From NCBI GenBank assembly GCA_031973435.1, contig DALYDA010000003.1:1-48821 (forward strand): 48,821 nucleotides of DNA. The letters run 5' to 3'. Positions 1 to 10,456 of this stretch are shown one piece after another. Under the pieces are notes generated by a model that saw only the letters and a program-made list of their open reading frames with translations, made no database searches and was not told the DNA's origin. The position numbers and the translations under genes were made by a program. Source of the DNA: Minisyncoccota bacterium. GTDB taxonomy: Bacteria > Patescibacteriota > Minisyncoccia > Phycocordibacterales > UBA9973. The first letter of the stretch is position 1. Each line of letters begins with the position of its first letter.

Positions 1-1668
1 TTTGTTGTAACAAACAATGGAAAACGTTACGATATTTTACCAACAAAAGAAATAGAATTCGCGAGAGCAAGTGTCACTGTTTCCGGCAAGATTTCCGGTT
101 CGACAATAATCGGAAACCCTGTGCCGACACAGATAAAAAGTTCTATTCATTCACATACTCATACTGGGGAAACTGCAAAAATGGAAATGCCAGGAGGAGA
201 GGATGAAGCTGTGGCAACAAACAAAGTCGCAGTTTTCCTTGTTAGATACGAAGACACAGGAGATGTATTTTTTACACCAGAGGAAGCAGACGAAATATTT
301 TTCGGCAGTCCATTTGATGAATTTTACAAAGAACAATCGTACAATCAAATAGATTTCTATGGCGATGTGTATGGGTGGGTGAACATCCCGCGTGAGTCTG
401 ATCCGTGGAGTGTTAGTCTGTGGGGTGGAGAACTGGATGAATATCTTATAGAAAACGATATAGATCTTTCATCATATGACCATATTGTTATCTATAATGA
501 CAGTACTTCAGGTGTTTTTTCCGGTTTCTCCACAGTGGGCCCTGTAAGTATTGATCTTGGTGGTGAGGAGTATTCCATCTCATATGCACAGCTCCAATTT
601 AAAGATTCGGAATATGCTGATCAGTATTACTATTATGGAGAATATCCATTTCCTTTTACAAAACTGGATTATGTTTTGTCACATGAGATTGGACACAGTC
701 TTGGTCTACGGCATGCCAACGGTCTTGACTGTGGTGTGAAAGCCTACAATTCTTATTCATATAATTGTGAGCATGTCGAATATGGAAATAAATTTGATGT
801 TATGGGAGGGGCGTTCGCACTTCATTTCAATGGATGGTACAAGGACGTGCTTGGTTGGCTATCTCCAGCTGATGTACAGATTATAGATGAGACGGGAGAT
901 TATACGATCAATGTCTTGGAAGATATAGGAAGTTCAAAAAAATATGCGCAAGTACGTTCTCCTGACCCAGAAGGAGAGAGTATTATCTATACTATTGAAT
1001 ATAGGAAAGCGATGGGTTTTGATGGGCAATTGGCAAATGACATAGTCACATCGAACCAGGCCGGACTGTTTATTAATCGGATGTATCACAGTGCTAGTGA
1101 ACTTGTAGACGATTCGGAAAATCAATATACACAACTTTTGGACCTACAGCCTACTGACACACCATGGTACGCAGATGTGAAGCGAGTTACTTTGAGGGCA
1201 GATAAAGTTTTTTATGATGAAGCGAATAACATAAAGATTGGACCAATTCTCGCCATTTCTCCAACAAGTATTCAGTTTCATGTTGAAATGCCAGAAACAG
1301 ATTGTACTCGCCGTCCACCAAAATTATATGCTGACCCAGATTACCCCTACACATACAGTCCATATTACGAAGGTGGAGAAGGGGGTGGCGCTTTCATTAG
1401 TTTACCTATTGCTATTGTAAATAGGGATACAGTTTTTTGTGGGGACAGTTCTTCATTTGAGTACTCTCTACTTGAGCCACCTGTATTTGACTACCTATCT
1501 TTTGGAGGATATTCATTGATTCGTTCCGACCACTACGACGATACATACCTTTCGTTTAGCTTGGGGGAAGATATACCAGAGGATGGTGTTTACCCAATAA
1601 CCATAGTTGCCACAAATACAACATCAGGATTATCTGGCGTATTGGAGATACCTATAGTGATTGAATAA
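1..1668 (+). CDS. secreted zinc metalloprotease, metzincin-type (M6-like); 5' end runs off the window
   Basis: ORF track gives 121..1668, but frame 1 has no stop codon between nt 1 and 120, so the CDS probably continues off the left edge. HEIGHSLGLRH matches the HExxHxxGxxH zinc site. Confidence 0.75.
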   Translation, partial: FVVTNNGKRYDILPTKEIEFARASVTVSGKISGSTIIGNPVPTQIKSSIHSHTHTGETAKMEMPGGEDEAVATNKVAVFLVRYEDTGDVFFTPEEADEIFFGSPFDEFYKEQSYNQIDFYGDVYGWVNIPRESDPWSVSLWGGELDEYLIENDIDLSSYDHIVIYNDSTSGVFSGFSTVGPVSIDLGGEEYSISYAQLQFKDSEYADQYYYYGEYPFPFTKLDYVLSHEIGHSLGLRHANGLDCGVKAYNSYSYNCEHVEYGNKFDVMGGAFALHFNGWYKDVLGWLSPADVQIIDETGDYTINVLEDIGSSKKYAQVRSPDPEGESIIYTIEYRKAMGFDGQLANDIVTSNQAGLFINRMYHSASELVDDSENQYTQLLDLQPTDTPWYADVKRVTLRADKVFYDEANNIKIGPILAISPTSIQFHVEMPETDCTRRPPKLYADPDYPYTYSPYYEGGEGGGAFISLPIAIVNRDTVFCGDSSSFEYSLLEPPVFDYLSFGGYSLIRSDHYDDTYLSFSLGEDIPEDGVYPITIVATNTTSGLSGVLEIPIVIE

Positions 1669-1720
1669 AAAAACTTTTTGAAGATTCAACTTTAGACTCC
1701 AAACTTGCTATACTGTATAT

Positions 1721-2503
1721 ATGTCAAAATGGGCAGCTAGGAGACAATTGGCTATATTTATAGGCATCATTGCCTTTTTCGGGCTTATCGCATTTGCCAT
1801 CCTTTGGCCTAGGATATCCGTTGATCCTACATGTAACGATGGTAAACAAAACGGAACAGAGTCAGGTGTAGACTGTGGTGGTTCGTGTCGTCTGGTGTGC
1901 ACAGAAGAAGTTCCAGACAGTATCATTTTATGGTCTAGAGCGTTTAATATATCAGAAGATGTGTATAGTGCTGTTGCACAAGTAGAGAATCCAAACACTC
2001 TTTCGCTCGGACTTTCACGTCCATACGAATTTAGATTTTATGACGACGAAAACCAATTCATTGCTCGGGTGATAGGTTATGCGACACTTCCACCAAACCA
2101 AGTATCAACTATTTTTGAAGGAGGAATAAAAACAGGGAATAGGGAAATAAAAAGAACTACATTTTCTTGGCTTCAAAGTGGAGCATGGTACAAAGTAAAC
2201 AAAGAAATACTCGATGACTACAAAATCCTAGTTACAGGTATCACTCTTACAAACGAAGGCACAAGACCAAGGCTTGAAGCAAGACTAACAAACGAAGGTG
2301 ATATAGCAATGCCCGAACTTTCTGTTGTTGCAATCGTATACGATATAGATGGCAATGCAATAACTGCATCAAAGACACTCTCTACGATACTAGGAGTGGG
2401 AGCATCTTCCCCTGTGTATTTTACTTGGCCTGCTCCATTTGGGACTGCGTATTCACGCATAGAAGTTATCCCGATTATTCCTGGTGAGTACTACGCTCGT
2501 TAA
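1721..2503 (+). CDS. membrane-anchored hypothetical protein
   Basis: 260-aa ORF with one N-terminal TM helix followed by a Cys-rich stretch (CNDGKQNGTESGVDCGGSCRLVC). No enzyme motif recognised. Confidence 0.7.
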   Translation: MSKWAARRQLAIFIGIIAFFGLIAFAILWPRISVDPTCNDGKQNGTESGVDCGGSCRLVCTEEVPDSIILWSRAFNISEDVYSAVAQVENPNTLSLGLSRPYEFRFYDDENQFIARVIGYATLPPNQVSTIFEGGIKTGNREIKRTTFSWLQSGAWYKVNKEILDDYKILVTGITLTNEGTRPRLEARLTNEGDIAMPELSVVAIVYDIDGNAITASKTLSTILGVGASSPVYFTWPAPFGTAYSRIEVIPIIPGEYYAR

Positions 2504-2508
2504 AGTAT

Positions 2509-3639
2509 ATGCGTAGGTATAATTTTTTTGGATTGGATATTGTTTTTATACTATGTCTTCTGCCTATCATGGCAGGAGGCCTTTCCATCATGCACTCATT
2601 TAGCGAGGGAAGTGTTTTTTTTCAAAGACAAATACTATGGGTCGTCCTCTCTCTGTTTCTCATGGTTGTTGTTTCTTTTGTTGATACAAGATTTCTAAAG
2701 AGATCAGACGTGTTGCTAGTGCTGTATGGGATCGCAACACTTTTTCTTGTTGCTGTTCTTTTCATAGGGAGTACTGTTAAGGGATCACAGAGTTGGATAG
2801 ATTTCGGACCTCTTTCTTTTCAGCCTGCTGACTTAATGAAACTTGTTCTGATTCTACTACTAGCAAAATATTTTTCGAGACGTCATGTTGAGATAGCTCA
2901 CCCAAAGCATATTTTTATTTCAGCACTCTACCTATTCATACCTTTTGGACTTGTTTTCTTGCAACCAGACTTTGGTTCCGCGATAGTTTTACTTTCTATA
3001 TGGTTTGGAATGGCACTCGTGTCTGGAATATCAAAAAAGCATCTTCTTATTTTAGCGGGGCTCGGGATAACAGCATTTGTGATATTGTGGTCATTTGTTT
3101 TTGCACCATATCAAAAGGCGAGAGTCATGACTTTCGTAAACCCACTCACAGACATAAGTGGGACAGGATATAACGCATATCAGTCTATTATTGCTGTTGG
3201 GTCTGGCCAGTTTTTAGGAAAGGGGCTCGGATTTGGAACTCAATCTAGGCTCGAGTACCTTCCTGAATACGAAACTGATTTTATCTTCGCAGCTTTTGCC
3301 GAAGAGTGGGGTTTTGTAGGATCGATCATACTTCTCATTTGTTACGGCATACTCTTGTGGAAACTAGTTGGATTCGCTAGGCACGGAGCGTCGAACTTTG
3401 AAACACTGTTTTGCCTCGGAGTTGCCATATTCCTCTCCACTCATATGATAGTAAACATAGGTATGAATATACGCCTCATGCCAGTGACGGGTATTCCTTT
3501 GCCTTTTATGAGCTACGGAGGTTCGCATCTTATAATAGAGTGTATTGCTTTAGGTCTTTGCCTGGCTATGAACAGATATGGAAGAGCAATGCATAGAGAT
3601 AGTCTAGGAAGAGAATTTGTCGGTTACGGGTCAGAATAA
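2509..3639 (+). CDS. SEDS-family peptidoglycan glycosyltransferase (FtsW/RodA)
   Basis: Polytopic membrane ORF containing the conserved SEDS block GYNAYQSIIAVGSGQFLGKGLGFGTQS...LPEYETDFIFAAFAEEWGF. Confidence 0.9.
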   Translation: MRRYNFFGLDIVFILCLLPIMAGGLSIMHSFSEGSVFFQRQILWVVLSLFLMVVVSFVDTRFLKRSDVLLVLYGIATLFLVAVLFIGSTVKGSQSWIDFGPLSFQPADLMKLVLILLLAKYFSRRHVEIAHPKHIFISALYLFIPFGLVFLQPDFGSAIVLLSIWFGMALVSGISKKHLLILAGLGITAFVILWSFVFAPYQKARVMTFVNPLTDISGTGYNAYQSIIAVGSGQFLGKGLGFGTQSRLEYLPEYETDFIFAAFAEEWGFVGSIILLICYGILLWKLVGFARHGASNFETLFCLGVAIFLSTHMIVNIGMNIRLMPVTGIPLPFMSYGGSHLIIECIALGLCLAMNRYGRAMHRDSLGREFVGYGSE

Positions 3640-3642
3640 TAC

Positions 3643-4440
3643 ATGAAAATAATCAACGGAAAAAAACTAGCAACAGAAGTACTAGATACCATAAAACAAA
3701 AAATAGTAGATAGAGTATTTAGACTTGCTGTAATCTCTACAAAAGACGACCCGTCTTCTAGACTTTTTGTGTCAATGAAAAAAAAGAAGGGAAGTGATAT
3801 TGGTATAGTTGTAGACGAGTACAATCTGTTTAATGAAAATCAGAGTGAACTAGAGAAAAAAATAAATGAACTTGGAGAGTCATATGACGGAATAGTTTTG
3901 CAATTGCCGATCAGAGAAGAACTAGATTATGAAAAACTAATCTCTCTAATACCAGCAGAGAAAAATCCTGACATGTTGGGAGGCTTGGCAGAGACACAAT
4001 CCTTTGAGAAAGGCTTGTTTGCTCCAGTCGTGTCGGCGATATTGAAAATATTACAATCTGAAAGCATAGACTACAAGAATCTTAAAATAGCCTTACTGGG
4101 TAAGGGTATTCTTGTTGGCGCACCTTTTTCTAGATATTTGGAAAGCATAGGAAAAGACCACTTTGTTGTTACAATTGAGAATAAGGAAGATATAGACAAG
4201 CTTATCGATTTCGATATTATAATTAGTGGTGTTGGTGTGCCAAACATCTTACAACAAAAACATATAAAAAGCGGATCTTTTCTTATAGATGCAGGGACGA
4301 GTGATCTCGGTGGTGTGATGGTAGGAGACATAAGTACAGATTGTTATCCTGTTGCTAGTGTTGTTTCTCCTGTTCCTGGAGGAGTGGGACCTCTGACGGT
4401 TGCGTATCTTTTCTATAATCTTGTTATGCTTTCAAAATAG
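3643..4440 (+). CDS. folD: bifunctional methylenetetrahydrofolate dehydrogenase/cyclohydrolase
   Basis: C-terminal signature SPVPGGVGPLTVAYL and a GKGILVGAP NAD(P)-binding region. Tightly packed after the SEDS gene. Confidence 0.8.
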   Translation: MKIINGKKLATEVLDTIKQKIVDRVFRLAVISTKDDPSSRLFVSMKKKKGSDIGIVVDEYNLFNENQSELEKKINELGESYDGIVLQLPIREELDYEKLISLIPAEKNPDMLGGLAETQSFEKGLFAPVVSAILKILQSESIDYKNLKIALLGKGILVGAPFSRYLESIGKDHFVVTIENKEDIDKLIDFDIIISGVGVPNILQQKHIKSGSFLIDAGTSDLGGVMVGDISTDCYPVASVVSPVPGGVGPLTVAYLFYNLVMLSK

Positions 4441-4444
4441 GTTT

Positions 4445-5206
4445 ATGAATCATTCATTATTTTTTTATTTACATTCATTATCAAACACAAATCCAGCACT
4501 CGATTGGTTTGTGATATTTGTGTCTACATACTTTGCTTGGATACTTGCTGTGTTTGCGATTTCATATGCACTATTAAAAGTTGTTAAAGTTTTTTTTGGT
4601 AAAAAAAATGGCAACCCAAGTTTGTACGATATGAGTATAAGGGAGTATGGGATGCACCTGAGTGCAGGGTTCACTGCGATAGTCCTTAGAGTTTTTGGTG
4701 TCTCAAGGCCGGAAAATATCTCAAACGGAAATGGGTCACTCGAGTCTACCTTGAATTATTCTCGGGCTTATTTTGATGAGAGAAGAGGTGAATATCAAAA
4801 AAGAAAATATGCATTTTTAGTTATTGCACTGTCTTCATTGTCTGCATGGACTATATCTCTACTATTGAAAATGATAATTGGAGCATCTAGGCCTTTTGTT
4901 GTGTTCCCGGATATTAGCACTCTCATTGATTACGGATGGAACGACTCTTTTCCATCAGGGCATGCGATGTTTTTTTCAGCACTTGCCACTGCCTTGTTTT
5001 TCTCATACAAAAAGATTGGATCACTTTATATAGTTTTTGCAATCTTAATAGGGCTTTCACGGATAGTTGCGGGTATACACTTTCCTGTCGATGTCATGTT
5101 TGGATGGATATTTGGAGCAGTGGTTGCGATTATTGTGCGGTTCACAATTTTGCATTTCAAAATTTTTAAAAGAAGAGAGATTGATATTCCTGTAGAAAAG
5201 GAGTAG
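4445..5206 (+). CDS. PAP2-family phosphatase (undecaprenyl-diphosphatase-like)
   Basis: PAP2 motifs SFPSGHA and SRIVAGIHFPVDV. The ORF-track start at 4400 overlaps folD, so I prefer the in-frame ATG at 4445 (MNHSLFF). Confidence 0.8.
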   Translation: MNHSLFFYLHSLSNTNPALDWFVIFVSTYFAWILAVFAISYALLKVVKVFFGKKNGNPSLYDMSIREYGMHLSAGFTAIVLRVFGVSRPENISNGNGSLESTLNYSRAYFDERRGEYQKRKYAFLVIALSSLSAWTISLLLKMIIGASRPFVVFPDISTLIDYGWNDSFPSGHAMFFSALATALFFSYKKIGSLYIVFAILIGLSRIVAGIHFPVDVMFGWIFGAVVAIIVRFTILHFKIFKRREIDIPVEKE

Positions 5207-5215
5207 AATCTTCCT

Positions 5216-6571
5216 ATGTTTTTAAAAAGATTGATAGCACTCGGGATTTTAGTACTAACACTTTTTCTTGGTTTTTTCCTAATAGGTAGTCAGCCTGGTG
5301 GGAAGAGTCATTTGGGTATAGATTTTAAGGATAGACCATTCACTTTGGGGTTGGATCTTTCTGGTGGAACGCATCTTATATACGACGCAGACACAACTCT
5401 GATAAAAGAGAATAAGGAGGACGCACTAAGTGTTCTTCGAGATGTAATAGAGAGAAGAGTAAATCTTTTTGGTGTAAGTGAGCCTATTGTTCAAATTTCA
5501 CATGGCTTGTCCGGAGAGGACAGGTTGCTTATAGATTTGCCTGGGGTTACGGATGTTGGTGAAGCGATAAAAATGATCGGGGAGACGCCGCTTCTGGAAT
5601 TCAAAACAGAGAATCCAGATTTCGACGTAACGACACTCACAGAAGAAGAACTCGCAGATCCAAATACTATAAATAGAGCGTATGTAGAGACTGATCTAAC
5701 TGGACGTTATTTGGAAAATGCATCTTTGGTATTCGATCAGACAACACGTGAAGCGATAGTTTCTATACAGTTTGACAGCGAAGGTGCGGAAATATTCGAA
5801 AAGATAACGAGTGAGAATGTAAATAAAACCATAGCGATATATTTAGATGGCGCTTTGATTTCAAGTCCAGTCGTAAATGAGGCTATATCTGGCGGGCAAG
5901 CAACAATCTCTGGAAACTTTACTCCAGATGAAGCAAAACAGTTGGTTGGAAGACTAAATTCTGGAGCTCTTCCTGTTCCTGTAACTTTGGTTTCAACAGA
6001 AACTATAGGTGCGTCCCTTGGTGCTGATGCACAAACTGCCGGAGCACGAGCAGGACTTATAGGATTCCTAGCGATAATATTTTTCTTCGTTATTTATTAC
6101 AGAGTACCAGGACTTCTTGCAGGTGTTGCACTATTTGTATATGCAGTCGTGATGCTTTTCTTGTTCAAGACTGTTCCAGTTACAATGTCTGCTTCCGGTA
6201 TTGCAGGATTTGTGATCTCACTCGGACTTGCGGTGGATGCAAACGTTCTCATATTTGAGAGAGTAAAGGACGAACTAAAGCATGGAAAGGGGATAAACGA
6301 GGCATTTCATGAAGGATTCCAAAGAGCATGGCCTTCGATACGTGACTCAAACATTTCTACACTTCTGACAACAGCTATCTTGTTTTGGATGGGGACATCT
6401 ATAGTAAAAGGTTTTGCCCTCACTTTCGGAATAGGAGTTCTCGTCTCTATGATTTCTGCTATTTCAGTAACAAGAATATTCTTATATTCATTTGGTGAAA
6501 TAAAGCAAACTAGATTTAACAATTTTCTGTTTGGTGCAGGGTTTACTGGAAATAAGAAAATAAGCAATTAA
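5216..6571 (+). CDS. secD: protein translocase subunit SecD
   Basis: N-terminal TM helix, large periplasmic domain and a C-terminal 6-TM block containing GLAVDANVLIFERVKDE. Directly followed by secF. Confidence 0.9.
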   Translation: MFLKRLIALGILVLTLFLGFFLIGSQPGGKSHLGIDFKDRPFTLGLDLSGGTHLIYDADTTLIKENKEDALSVLRDVIERRVNLFGVSEPIVQISHGLSGEDRLLIDLPGVTDVGEAIKMIGETPLLEFKTENPDFDVTTLTEEELADPNTINRAYVETDLTGRYLENASLVFDQTTREAIVSIQFDSEGAEIFEKITSENVNKTIAIYLDGALISSPVVNEAISGGQATISGNFTPDEAKQLVGRLNSGALPVPVTLVSTETIGASLGADAQTAGARAGLIGFLAIIFFFVIYYRVPGLLAGVALFVYAVVMLFLFKTVPVTMSASGIAGFVISLGLAVDANVLIFERVKDELKHGKGINEAFHEGFQRAWPSIRDSNISTLLTTAILFWMGTSIVKGFALTFGIGVLVSMISAISVTRIFLYSFGEIKQTRFNNFLFGAGFTGNKKISN

Positions 6572-6575
6572 ATTT

Positions 6576-7508
6576 ATGTGGATAATAAAAAATAAAAAAA
6601 TATTTTTCGGACTGTCGGCGTTTTTCGTTGTCGCATCTATCGTCGGATTCATAATCTTTCCAGTTAGGGCATCGATAGAGTTTACAGGTGGATCGTCGCT
6701 TGTTGTAAATGTAGAGGGTCAAAGACCAGAGTCGAGAGACGTAGCACTTTATCTAAAGGACCTTGATATTTCTTCTCCTCTCGTTCAGCCTGTTGGAGAA
6801 TCTGGTCTGTCTATAAAGACTTCACCCCTTGATGAAGAAACAAAAAACCAAATCGTTTCGCACATACAAGAGATGTCAGGGTCTCCTGTATCTATACAGA
6901 GTTTCACTACTGTAGGACCATCTATTGGGGAGGAAATGTTGAAAAAATCTTTCTATGCTTTGTTTCTGGTTATCCTTTCTATAGTTTTGTACATCGCCTA
7001 TACATTTAGAAAAGTCACAAATTCCACAAACAAAGCACAAAAGGGAGTGTCTTCATGGAAATACGGATTTACTGCAAATATATGTTTGCTACACGACGTG
7101 ATACTTACTAGCGGGTTCTATGTTCTACTGTCTCACTTCTTTGGGGCAGAACTAGATACGTTGTTCGTAGTTGCTATACTTACGGTTCTCGGTGTTTCAG
7201 TTAATGATACTATCGTAGTGTTTGATAGAATACGAGAAAATATATTTTTGGACGAGGATAAAAAATCAAATGACTCTTTCGAAAAGATTGTAGGAAAAAG
7301 TGTGGACGAGACTATTGCAAGGTCTATAAACACATCTCTCACAGTTGTAATAGTTCTCCTTATCCTTGCACTGTTCGGGCCTGAAACAACAAAGATATTC
7401 TCTCTGACTATGATGGCAGGTATGATAATAGGAACATTCTCATCTATATTCTTGGCTAGTCCACTTCTTGTTGTTTGGGAAAGATTACAATCAAAAAAAT
7501 CTAGATAG
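6576..7508 (+). CDS. secF: protein translocase subunit SecF
   Basis: The DTIVVFDRIREN motif and TM topology are typical of SecF. Starts 5 nt after secD. Confidence 0.9.
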   Translation: MWIIKNKKIFFGLSAFFVVASIVGFIIFPVRASIEFTGGSSLVVNVEGQRPESRDVALYLKDLDISSPLVQPVGESGLSIKTSPLDEETKNQIVSHIQEMSGSPVSIQSFTTVGPSIGEEMLKKSFYALFLVILSIVLYIAYTFRKVTNSTNKAQKGVSSWKYGFTANICLLHDVILTSGFYVLLSHFFGAELDTLFVVAILTVLGVSVNDTIVVFDRIRENIFLDEDKKSNDSFEKIVGKSVDETIARSINTSLTVVIVLLILALFGPETTKIFSLTMMAGMIIGTFSSIFLASPLLVVWERLQSKKSR

Positions 7509-7520
7509 AAATAAAATAAA

Positions 7521-7548
7521 AACCTCGTCTATCCAGACGAGGTTTTTT
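7521..7548 (+). terminator. rho-independent terminator after secF (usable on both strands)
   Basis: 8-bp stem CCTCGTCT/AGACGAGG with a 4-nt loop, followed by TTTTTT and preceded by an A-run. Confidence 0.8.
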
Positions 7549-7893
7549 CAATATTTTTTTGACAGTGCATCTATTGCATCAAATTCAATAATCAAAAGTT
7601 TTATTTTCTCTTTGAGTTTCATTTCAATGCATACTTGCAGAGGTCCAGACATTAGAAGTATTTTTGAATTTACTTTTATCTCCAACAATATTTCTTTTTT
7701 TTCTTTTTTCTGTTGGACTTTCTGAATTTATCACAGATTGCTGATCTTGTTTTTTGGCGGTATCAGTCAAATTATTTTCTTCTTTCATTGATCAATTTTG
7801 TTTGCATATATTTTATTTTAAAGTTGACTATATGTCAAAAAAACCTTGCTTTTAAAAGGCTTTTTTGGCTAAGTCAACAAGATCAAAATCTGT

Positions 7894-7899
7894 TATAAT
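7894..7899 (+). promoter_or_regulatory. candidate extended -10 box (TGTTATAAT) upstream of lemA
   Basis: TGnTATAAT lies about 35-50 nt upstream of the lemA start candidates. No good -35 hexamer seen. Confidence 0.35.
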
Positions 7900-7934
7900 C
7901 ATAAGGTCGTAATTTACTTCTGACTTTTAACGTT

Positions 7935-8498
7935 TTGTATTTGCTTTTGATGTGGATACCAATCATTATAATAGTTCTATTAGTTCTTATTGTTGTAGGA
8001 ATGTATAACGGCTTCGTTCGTCTTGTAAACCGTACAAAGGAAGCTTGGGCAGATATCGAAGTGCAACTCAAGCGTCGTTATGACCTGATCCCAAACCTTG
8101 TTTCTGCTGTAAAAGGTTACGCTACTCACGAATCTTCTGCGTTTGAGAAAGTTACACAGGCACGTGCAGCTGCAATGGGAGCAAAGACAGCGGGGGAGCA
8201 TGGAAAGACTGAAGCAATACTAGGACAAGCTATCACTGGACTTTTCGGAATCGCAGAAGCATATCCAGATCTAAAGGCAAACACAAACTTCCTAGAACTT
8301 CAAAGAGAACTTTCTGATACTGAAAACAAGATCCAAGCAGCGCGTCGTTTTTACAACACAAACGTTCGTGATCTAAATACAAAGATTGAAATGTTCCCAG
8401 GCAATATCTTTGCAAAAATGTTTTCATTTGCAAAAATGGAATTCTTCGATATTCCAGATGATGGCGTAGAGTCAAAACCAGTAGAAGTAAAATTCTAA
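7935..8498 (+). CDS. lemA: LemA family protein
   Basis: N-terminal TM helix followed by a LemA-like helical domain (RRYDLIPNLV, AARRFYN). The start may be TTG at 7935 or ATG at 7950. Confidence 0.85.
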   Translation: MYLLLMWIPIIIIVLLVLIVVGMYNGFVRLVNRTKEAWADIEVQLKRRYDLIPNLVSAVKGYATHESSAFEKVTQARAAAMGAKTAGEHGKTEAILGQAITGLFGIAEAYPDLKANTNFLELQRELSDTENKIQAARRFYNTNVRDLNTKIEMFPGNIFAKMFSFAKMEFFDIPDDGVESKPVEVKF

Positions 8499-8502
8499 AT
8501 AT

Positions 8503-9240
8503 ATGTATCTAATTCTTGCAATAATTGTTGTTGTCCTTCTAGTGAGTATCAAGCAGGTCAACCAATATCAAAGAGGTGTAAGGTTTACTTTAGGACGTTA
8601 TACAGGTCTCATGAATCCTGGTTGGCGTATCGTAATACCAATATTCCAGTCATTCCAAAAAGTCGACATTCGAACCAAGGCTGTTGATGTGCCAGACCAA
8701 AATGCAATTACTCGAGACAATGTTTCGGTAAAAGTAAATGCGGTTATCTACTATAAGGTAAGTGACGCTTCAAAGGCAGTGATCGAAGTAGAAGATTTCA
8801 AAAATGCTATCTCACAATACGCTCAGACAACTATGCGAAACATTGTCGGTGAAGTCACTCTCGACGAACTTCTTTCCAAGCGTGATCAAATCGCAGACCG
8901 TATTCGTGAAATAGTAGACAAAGAAACTGACTTGTGGGGATTGAAAGTTCAAAATGTTGAACTCAAAGATGTGAGCCTTCCTCCAGACATGGAGAGAACG
9001 ATAGGCAAGCAAGCAGAAGCAGAAAGAGAAAAGCGCGCAATCATCATAACAAGTGAAGGAGAACTTGCTGCATCTGAAAACATGGCAAAGGCGGCAACAA
9101 TGCTCGCTTCGTCTCCTGGGGCTCTTCACTTGCGTACACTTCAGTCTATAAATGATATGGCAAGCGACCAGTCAAATACAGTTGTCTATATGGTTCCAGT
9201 AGAAGCTCTCAAGGCACTAGAAGGATTTATAAAGAAATAA
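8503..9240 (+). CDS. SPFH/band-7 (stomatin/prohibitin-like) membrane protein
   Basis: N-terminal TM helix plus an SPFH domain (VDVPDQNAITRDNVSVKVNAVIYYKV ... AEREKRAIIITSEGE). Confidence 0.9.
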   Translation: MYLILAIIVVVLLVSIKQVNQYQRGVRFTLGRYTGLMNPGWRIVIPIFQSFQKVDIRTKAVDVPDQNAITRDNVSVKVNAVIYYKVSDASKAVIEVEDFKNAISQYAQTTMRNIVGEVTLDELLSKRDQIADRIREIVDKETDLWGLKVQNVELKDVSLPPDMERTIGKQAEAEREKRAIIITSEGELAASENMAKAATMLASSPGALHLRTLQSINDMASDQSNTVVYMVPVEALKALEGFIKK

Positions 9241-9246
9241 CTTTAT

Positions 9247-10020
9247 ATGGAAAATAAAAATACAAAAACTATTGGCTCAGTGGTAATCATCGTCATTACA
9301 GTGTTTGTTGGATTCTTTGTTCTAAGGCAGGAGCCCGTAACAGAACCACGTGTAACTCAAGAGCAGGCAGAATCGATTGCCGAATATACTTTTTCTAATT
9401 GCTGGCAGGGAGGATATCTAATCTCATCATATTCTTCTACCCTTATGCAACTTGAAGGCGAAACGGTTTGGCGTATTGGAGGCAATTATGAATACGCACA
9501 AGACGCAATTGTGCAAAATACAGCCTATGGAAACATCCCAGAGGTACTTGTCGATGCGGATACAGGATATATCGTATCGAAGCACTTTACGGAAGTTGAT
9601 GAGCCAAAAAAAGGATGTGAGAGTCCAGCTGTCGCGGGTCCGGACATGGAAGTGCCTAACAATGGTTTTGAGTGGAAAAGATATGATGATCAAAATGAAC
9701 TTGTCGCGTTATCTATATCTGACAAACAGGAATTGAATGGTGTTATCACTATAAACGGAACTGTGAAGAAGTCATTTTTAGAGACAGATGGTTTTTCCGT
9801 AGGCACTGCAAATAAATATGCACAATTTTATACATACATCGGTTTCGGACAACAATTTGCCGTTCCAGTGACTGTGATAAATACAAATGGAGACATGGTA
9901 GATTTTTCTGTGATGCTTGATACAAGCGGAGCGGAAAAAGGGATAGGGTATTTGAGAATTGCACAGGACGTACATAGTGCACGCGGGAGATCAATCGTGG
10001 TTCCTGTCATTTTTAAATAA
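9247..10020 (+). CDS. N-terminally anchored hypothetical protein
   Basis: 257-aa ORF with a single N-terminal TM helix. Shadow ORFs on the other strand are shorter. Confidence 0.65.
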   Translation: MENKNTKTIGSVVIIVITVFVGFFVLRQEPVTEPRVTQEQAESIAEYTFSNCWQGGYLISSYSSTLMQLEGETVWRIGGNYEYAQDAIVQNTAYGNIPEVLVDADTGYIVSKHFTEVDEPKKGCESPAVAGPDMEVPNNGFEWKRYDDQNELVALSISDKQELNGVITINGTVKKSFLETDGFSVGTANKYAQFYTYIGFGQQFAVPVTVINTNGDMVDFSVMLDTSGAEKGIGYLRIAQDVHSARGRSIVVPVIFK

Positions 10021-10039
10021 TCATTAGTAATATAATTTT

Positions 10040-10450
10040 ATGCAAAACAATTCAAAACTAAATACAATATTACTTGTCATCCTTATAATTCTTGCCGCAA
10101 TTTGCGTTTGGAAACTTATGGATACAAAGAAAGAAGTTTTAGACGATGCAGATTTTACTTCAATGGTTCAACCACAAACGTTTGATAATGAGGAGGAGTC
10201 AAAATATACTCCACCAAAAGAAGATCCAACACCAGACCCTATTGTTGCAAAGCAATGTGTCAAAACTGGCTGTTATAATGCTAAGTGTGTATCGACAGAA
10301 GACGCAGCACTTATGATATTTACTTGCCCTACCGATGCGCCTCCAATCATGGCTTGTTATCAAAATGGAGAATGTAAAATTCAATCTGGGGGTGAATGTG
10401 GATGGACGGACACAGCAGAGTTTAATTCTTGTATAGATCAATATAATTAA
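10040..10450 (+). CDS. N-terminally anchored Cys-rich hypothetical protein
   Basis: Leader MQNNSKLNTILLVILIIL is paralogous to that of the next gene. The ectodomain contains about 10 Cys. Confidence 0.6.
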   Translation: MQNNSKLNTILLVILIILAAICVWKLMDTKKEVLDDADFTSMVQPQTFDNEEESKYTPPKEDPTPDPIVAKQCVKTGCYNAKCVSTEDAALMIFTCPTDAPPIMACYQNGECKIQSGGECGWTDTAEFNSCIDQYN

Positions 10451-10456
10451 GAATAT

